Below are positions 57,965 to 64,000 of a DNA stretch of 64,000 nucleotides, piece by piece. The notes beneath the pieces are model-generated. The model was given only the letters and a program-made list of their open reading frames with translations, did no database searches and had not been told where the DNA came from. A program made the position numbers and the translations under genes. The stretch lies in the NCBI GenBank assembly GCA_964016885.1, contig OZ024743.1:137888001-137952000 (forward strand), given 5' to 3'. This DNA is from Eledone cirrhosa (lineage: Eukaryota). Within the stretch, counting starts at the first letter, position 1, and each line of letters begins with the position of its first letter.

Positions 57965-60900
57965 TCTAGTGTTTGAGTTTTGGTGTTTGGTGCTTGGTGC
58001 TTAGTGTTTGGTGTTTGGTGATTGGTGCTTGGTGTTTGGTGTTTGGTGCTTGGTGTTTGGTGCTTGGTGCTTTGAGCTTGGTGTTTGGTGCTGGGTGTAT
58101 GGTGTTTGGTGCTTGGTGCTTGGTGCTTGGTGTTTGGTGTTTGGTGCTTGGTACTTGGTGTTTGGTGTTTGATGCTTGGTGTTTGATGCTTGTTGCTTGG
58201 TGCTTGGTGTTTTGTGTTTGGTGTTTGGTGCTTGGTGTATATACTTGGTGCTTGGTGCTTGGTGTTTGGTGCTTGGTTCTTGGTGTTTTGTGCTTGGTGC
58301 TTGGTGTTTGGTGCTTGGTGTTTGGTGTTTGGTGCTTGGTGTTTGGTACTTGGTGCTTGGTGCTTGGTGTTTGGTGCTTGGTTCTTGGTTTTTGGTGCTT
58401 GGTGCTTGGTGCTTGGTGTTTGGTGCTTGGTACTTGGTGTTTGGTGCTTGGTGTTTGGTGTTTGGTGCTTGGTGTTTGGTACTTGGTGCTTGGTGCTTGG
58501 TGTTAAGTGTTTGGTGCTTGGTGTTTGGTGCTTCGTGCTTGGTGCTTGGTGTTTGGTGCATGGTGCTTGGTGTTTGGGGCTTGGTGCCTGGTGCTTTCTG
58601 TTTGGTGCTAGGTGCTTGGTGCTTGGTCTTTGGTGTTTGGTGCTTGGTGCTTGGTGCTTGGTGTTTGGTGCTTGGTGCTTGGTGCTTGGTAATTAGTGTT
58701 TGGTGCTTGGTGCTTGGGGTTTGGTGTTTGGTGCTTGGTGCTTGGTGTTTTGTGTTTGCTGTATGGTGTTTGCTGTTTCGTGTTTGGTGTTTGGTGTTTG
58801 GTGTTTAATGCTTGGTGCTTGGTGTTAGGTGTTTGGTGTTTGGTGCTTGGTGCTTGGTGTTTGGTGCTTGGTGCTTGGTGCTGGGTGTTTGGTGCTTGGT
58901 GCTTGGTGTTTGGTGCTTGGTGCTTGATGCTTGGTGCTTGGTGTTTGGTCCTTGGTGCTTGGTGCTTGGTCTTTGGTGCTTGGGGTTTGGTGTTTGGTGC
59001 TTGGTGCTTGGTGTTTGGTGCTTGGTGCTTGGTGCTTGGTGCTTGGTGTTTGGTGCTTGCTGCTTGGTGCTTGGTGTTTGGTGCTTGGTGCTTGGTGATT
59101 AGTGTTTGGTGCATGGTGCTTGGTGTTTGTTGTTTGGTGCTTGGTGCTTGGTGTTTGGTGCTTGGTGCTTGCTGTTTGGTGTTTGGTGTTTGGTGCTTGG
59201 TGCTTGGTGTTTGGTGTTTGGTGTTTGGTGCTTGGTGCTTGGTGTTTGGTGCTTGGTGTTTGGTGTTTGGTGCTTGGTGTTTGGCACTTGGTGCTTGGTG
59301 CTTGGTGTTAAGTGTTTGGTGCTTGGTGCTTGGTGTTTGGTGCTTCGTGCTTGGTGCTTGGTGTTTGGTGCATGGTGCTTGGTGTTTGGGGCTTGGTGCC
59401 TGGGGCTTTGTGTTTGGTGCTAGGTGCTTGGTGCTTGGTCTTTGGTGTTTGGTGCTTGGTGCTTGGTGCTTGGTGTTTGGTGCTTGATGCTTGGTGCTTG
59501 GTTATTAGTGTTTGGTGCTTGGTGCTTGGGGTTTGGTGTTTGGTGCTTGGTGCTTGGTGTTTGGTGTTTGCTGTATGGTGTTTGCTGTTTCGTGTTTGGT
59601 GTTTGCTGTTTGGTGTTTAATGCTTGGTGCTTGGTGCTTGGTGTTTGGTGCTTGGTGCTTGGTGCTTGGTGTTTGGCGTTTGCTCTTTGCTGTTTGGTGT
59701 TTGGTGCTTGCTGTTTGGTGTTTGGTGTTTGGTGTTTGGTGTTTGGTGCTTGCTGTTTGGTGCTTGGTGCTTGGTGTTTGGTGTTTGGTGTTTGGTGCTT
59801 GGTGCTTGGTGTTTGGTGGTTGGTGCTTGGTGCTGGGTGTTTGGTGCTAGGTGCTTGGTGCTTGGTGCTTGGTGCTTGGTCTTTGGTGCTTGGTGTTTGG
59901 TGCTTGGTGCTTGGTGCTTGGTGTTTGGTGCTTGGGGCTTGGTGTTTGGTGCTTGGTGATTGCTGCTTGGTGTTTGGTGTTTGGTGCTTGGTGCTTGGTG
60001 CTTGGTGATTAGTGTTTGGTGCTTGGTACTTGGTGCCTTGTGCTTGGTGTTTGGTGCTTGTTGTTTGGTGCTTGGTGCTTGGTGATTAGTGTTTGGTGCT
60101 TGGTGCTTGGTGCCTGGTGCTTGGTGCTTGTTGTTTGGTGCTTGGTGCTTGGTGATTAGTGTTTGGTGCTTGGTGCTTGGGGCTTGGTGTTTGGTGCTTG
60201 GTGCTTGGTGCTTGCTGTTTGGTGGTTGCTGTTTGGTGCTTGGTGTTTGGTGCTTGGTGCTTGGTGCTTGGTTTTTGGTGCTTGGTGCTTGGTGCTTGGT
60301 GTTTGGTGCTTGGTGCTTGGTGCTTGTTGTTTGGTGCTTGGTGCTTGGTCTTTGGTGCTTGGTGTTTGTTGTTTGGTGCTTGTTGCTTGGTGTTTGGTGC
60401 TTGGTGCCTGGTGCTTGGTGTTTGGTGCTTGGTGCTTGGTGTTTGCTGATTGGTGCTTGGTGCTTGGTGCTTGGTGCTTAGTGCTTGGTGTTTGGTGTTT
60501 GGTGCTTGGTGTTTGGTGTTTGGTGTTTGATGCTTGGTTTTTGCTGCGTGGTGCTTGGTGCTTGGTGCTTGGTGTTCTGTATTTGGTGCTTGGTGCTTGG
60601 TGGCTGGTGCTTGGTGCTTGGTGCTTGTTGTTTGGTGCTTGGTGCTTGGTGATTAGTCTTTGGTGCTTGGTGTTTGGTGTTTGGTGTTTCGTGCTTGGTG
60701 TCTAGTGTTTGGTGTTTGGTGCTTGGTGCTTGGTGTTTGGTGTTTGGTGCTTGGTATTTGGTGCTTGGTGCTTTGAGCTTGGTGTTTGGTGCTGGGTGTA
60801 TGGTGTTTGGTGCTTGGTGCTTGGTGCTTGGTGTTTGGTGTTTGGTGCTTGGTACTTGGTGTTTGGTGTTTGATGCTTGGTGTTTGATGCTTGTTGCTTG

Positions 60901-62000
60901 GTGCTTGGTGTTTTGTGTTTGGTGTTTGGTGCTTGGTGTATGTACTTGGTGCTTGGTGCTTGGTGTTTGGTGCTTGGTTCTTGGTGTTTGGTGCTTGGTG
61001 CTTGGTGTTTGGTGCTTGGTGTTTGGTGTTTGGTGCTTGGTGTTTGGTACTTGGTGCTTGGTGCTTGGTGTTTGGTGCTTGGTTCTTGGTTTTTGGTGCT
61101 TGGTGCTTGGTGCTTGGTGTTTGGTGCTTGGTACTTGGTGTTTGGTGCTTGGTGTTTGGTACTTGGTGCTTGGTGCTTGGTGTTAAGTGTTTGGTGCTTG
61201 GTGTTTGGTGCTTCGTGCTTGGTGCTTGGTGTTTGGTGCATGGTGCTTGGTGTTTGGGGCTTGGTGCCTGGTGCTTTCTGTTTGGTGCTAGGTGCTTGGT
61301 GCTTGGTCTTTGGTGTTTGGTGCTTGGTGCTTGGTGCTTGGTGTTTGGTGCTTGGTGCTTGGTGCTTGGTAATTAGTGTTTAGTGCTTGGTGCTTGGGGT
61401 TTGGTGTTTGGTGCTTGGTGCTTGGTATTTGGTGTTTGCTGTATGGTGTTTGCTGTTTGGTGTTTGGTGTTTGGTGTTTGGTGTTTAATGCTTGGTGCTT
61501 GGTGTTTGGTGTTTGGTGTTTGGTGCTTGGTGCTTGGTGTTTGGTGCTTGGTGCTTGGTGCTGGGTGTTTGGTGCTTGGTGCTTGGTGTTTGGTGCTTGG
61601 TGCTTCATGCTTGGTGCTTGGTGTTTGGTCCTTGGTGCTTGGTGCTCGGTCTTTGGTGCTTGGGGTTTGGTGTTTGGTGCTTGGTGCTTGGTGTTTGGTG
61701 CTTGGTGCTTGGTGCTTGGTGTTTGGTGTTTGGTGCTTGCTGCTTGGTGCTTGGTGTTTGGTGTTTGGTGTTTGGTGCTTGGTGCTTGATGTTTGGTGCT
61801 TGGTGTTTGGTGCTTGGTGTATGTACTTGGTGCTTGGTGCTTGGTGTTTGGTGCTTGGTTCTTGGTGTTTGGTGCTTGGTGCTTGGTGCTTGGTGTTTGG
61901 TGCTTGGTGCTTGGTGTTTGGTACTTAGTGCTTGGTGTTTGGTGTTTGGTGCTTGGTGTTTGGTGCTTGGTGCTTGGTGCTTGGTGTTAAGTGTTTGGTG
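56670..62000 (+). repeat. About 2.7-kb diverged HOR period at the distal end
   Basis: ORF pairs are 56674/59312 (offset 2638), 57346/60089 (2743), 58176/60877 (2701) and 58696/61376 (2680). The variant CTTGGTA-ATTAGTG is shared near 58690 and 61370. Boundaries are approximate. Confidence 0.8.
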
Positions 62001-64000
62001 CTTGGTGCTTCGTGTTTGGTGCTTGGTGCTTGGTGCTTGGTGCTTGGTGTTTGGTGCATGGTGCTTGATGTTTGGGGCTTGGTGCCTGGTGCTTGGTGTT
62101 TGGTGCTTGGTGCTTGGTGCTTGGTGTTTGGTGTTTGGTGCTTGGTGCTTGGTGTTTGGTGCTTGGTGTTTGGTGCTTGGTGTTCGGTGCTTGGTGCTTG
62201 GTGCTTGGTACTTGGTGTTAGGTTTTTGGTGCTTGGGGCTTGGTGTTTGGTGTTTGGTGCTTGGTGCTTGGTGTTTGGTGTTTGGTGCTTGGTGTTTGGT
62301 GTTTGGTGCTTTGTGCTTGGTGTTTGGTGCTGGGTGTATGGTGTTTGGAGCTTGGTGCTTGGTGCTTGGTGTTTGGTGTTTGGTGCTTGGTACTTGGTGT
62401 TTGGTGTTTGATGCTTGGTGTTTGATGCTTGTTGCTTGGTGCTTGGTGTTTTGTGTTTGGTGTTTGGTGCTTGGTGTATGTACTTGGTGCTTGGTGCTTG
62501 GTGTTTGGTGCTTGGTTCTTGGTGTTTGGTGCTTGGTGCTTGGTGCTTGGTGTTTGGTGCTTGGTGCTTGGTGTTTGGTGCTTGGTGTTTGGTGTCTGGT
62601 GCTTGGTGTTTGGTACTTGGTGCTTGGTGCTTGGTTTTAAGTGTTTAGTGCTTGGTGCTTGGTGTTTGGTGCCTCGTGCTTGGTGCTTGGTGTTTGGTGC
62701 ATGGTGCTTGGTGTTTGGGGCTTGGTGCCTGGTGCTTTGTGTTTGGTGCTAGGTGCTTGGTGCTTGGTCTTTGGTGATTGGTGCTTGGTGCTTGGTGCTT
62801 GGTGTTTGGTGCTTGGTGCTTGGTGCTTGGTTATTAGTGTTTGGTGCTTGGTGCTTGGGGTTTGGTGTTTGGTGCTTGGTGCTTGGTGTTTGGTGTTTGC
62901 TGTATGGTGTTTGCTGTTTCGTGTTTGGTGTTTGCTGTTTGGTGTTTAATGCTTGGTGCTTGGTGCTTGGTGTTTGGTGGTTGGTGCTTGGTGCTTGGTG
63001 ATTGGCGTTTGCTCTTTGCTGTTTGGTGTTTGGTGCTTGCTGTTTGGTGTTTGGTGTTTGGTGTTTGGTGTTTGGTGCTTGCTGTTTGGTGCTTGGTGCT
63101 TGGTGTTTGGTGTTTGGTGTTTGGTGCTTGGTGCTTGGTGTTTGGTGGTTGGTGCTTGGTGCTGGGTGTTTGGTGCTTGGTGCTTGGTGTTTGGTGCTTG
63201 GTGCTTGGTACTTGGTGTTTGGTGTTTGATGCTTGGTGTTTGATGCTTGTTGCTTGGTGCTTGGTGTTTTGTGTTTGGTGTTTGGTGCTTGGTGTATGTA
63301 CTTGGTGCTTGGTGCTTGGTGTTTGGTGCTTGGTTCTTGGTGTTTGGTGCTTGGTGCTTGGTATTTGGTGCTTGGTGTTTGGTGTTTGGTGCTTGGTGTT
63401 TGGTGCTTGGTGCTTGGTGCTTGGTGTTTGGCGTTTGCTCTTTGCTGTTTGGTGTTTGGTGCTTGGTGTTTGGTGCTTGGTGTTTGGTGCTTGGTGCTTG
63501 GTGTTTGGTACTTGGTGCTTGGTGATTAGTGTTTGGTGCATGGTGCTTGGTGTTTGTTGTTTGGTGCTTGGTGCTTGGTGTTTGGTGCTTGGTGCTTCCT
63601 GTTTGGTGTTTGGTGTTTGGTGCTTGGTGCTTGGTGTTTGGTGCTTGGTGTTTGGTTCTTGGTGTATGTACTTGGTGCTTGGTGCTTGGTGTTTGGTGCT
63701 TGGTTCTTGGTGTTTGGTGCTTGGTGTTTGGTGTTTGGTGCTTGGTGTTTGGTGCTTGGTGCTTGGTGCTTGGTGTTAAGTGTTTGGTGCATGGTGCTTG
63801 GTGTTTGGTGCTTCGTGCTTGGTGCTTGGTGTTTGGTGCGTGGTGCTTGATGTTTGGGGCTTGGTGCCTGGTGTTTGGTGTTTGGTGCTTGGTGCTTGGT
63901 GCTTGGTGTTTGGTGTTTGGTGCTTGGTGCTTGGTGTTTGGTGCTTGGTGTTTGGTGCTTGGTGTTCAGTGCTTGGTGCTTGGTGCTTGGTACTTGGTGT

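Larger units (their letters stand above)
1..64000. repeat. Heptameric satellite array, consensus YTTGGTG (CTTGGTG/TTTGGTG), about 9,100 units, running off both window ends
   Basis: Every line of the window parses into 7-bp units with a TTGGTG core (CACCAA on the inverted arm). The ORF track shows 7-aa periodicity (WCLVLGA / TKHQAPS), which equals 3 units per 21 nt. No non-repeat insert was seen. Confidence 0.99.
2777..64000 (+). repeat. Main arm of the satellite, (YTTGGTG)n, about 8,750 units
   Basis: The + strand reads CTTGGTG/TTTGGTG continuously from 2777 to the end. It is G/T-rich and A appears only in variant units. Confidence 0.98.

Noticed and set aside
4643-63670. CRISPR-like array with TATGTA landmarks as repeats and the intervening blocks as spacers
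   Set aside because: The intervals are hundreds to thousands of bp, consist of the same satellite and are not unique. No cas genes or leader are present.
2778-63850. Hundreds of overlapping hydrophobic WCLVLGA ORFs as membrane proteins
   Set aside because: They overlap in all three frames, mostly start at TTG/GTG within the repeat unit and end at sporadic variant units, which marks them as satellite artefacts.
2777-64000. Canonical G-quadruplex array
   Set aside because: Units carry only GG. Runs of three or more G are isolated variants and do not occur as four closely spaced tracts, so at most weak two-tier structures are possible.
2777-64000. The C/T unit order as a functional or synthetic binary code
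   Set aside because: Nested duplication, slippage and point mutation explain the pattern. Nothing in the sequence indicates framing, decoding machinery or design.

Overview
The whole 64-kb window is one non-coding satellite array of about 9,100 copies of a 7-bp unit. Two main variants, CTTGGTG and TTTGGTG (consensus YTTGGTG), are interleaved with rarer point-variant units. I found no unique sequence and no credible gene, RNA gene, transposon or CRISPR array. All ORFs in the track are artefacts of a stop-free heptamer. Three structural features stand out. (1) The array changes orientation abruptly at 2776/2777, from C-rich to G-rich on the + strand, at a spacerless 40-bp perfect palindrome centred on AAGCTT, and the two arms belong to different variant subfamilies. 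(2) The order of variant units forms nested higher-order repeats (HORs) from 21 bp to about 12 kb, arranged in successive domains. (3) An 11,944-bp segment is duplicated in tandem with no difference I could find (34077-46020 and 46021-57964), and its junction is slipped by 49 bp. The organism and chromosomal context (centromeric, subtelomeric or telomere-like) cannot be determined from the sequence. All counts and offsets were read by eye from the sequence and the ORF track, not computed.
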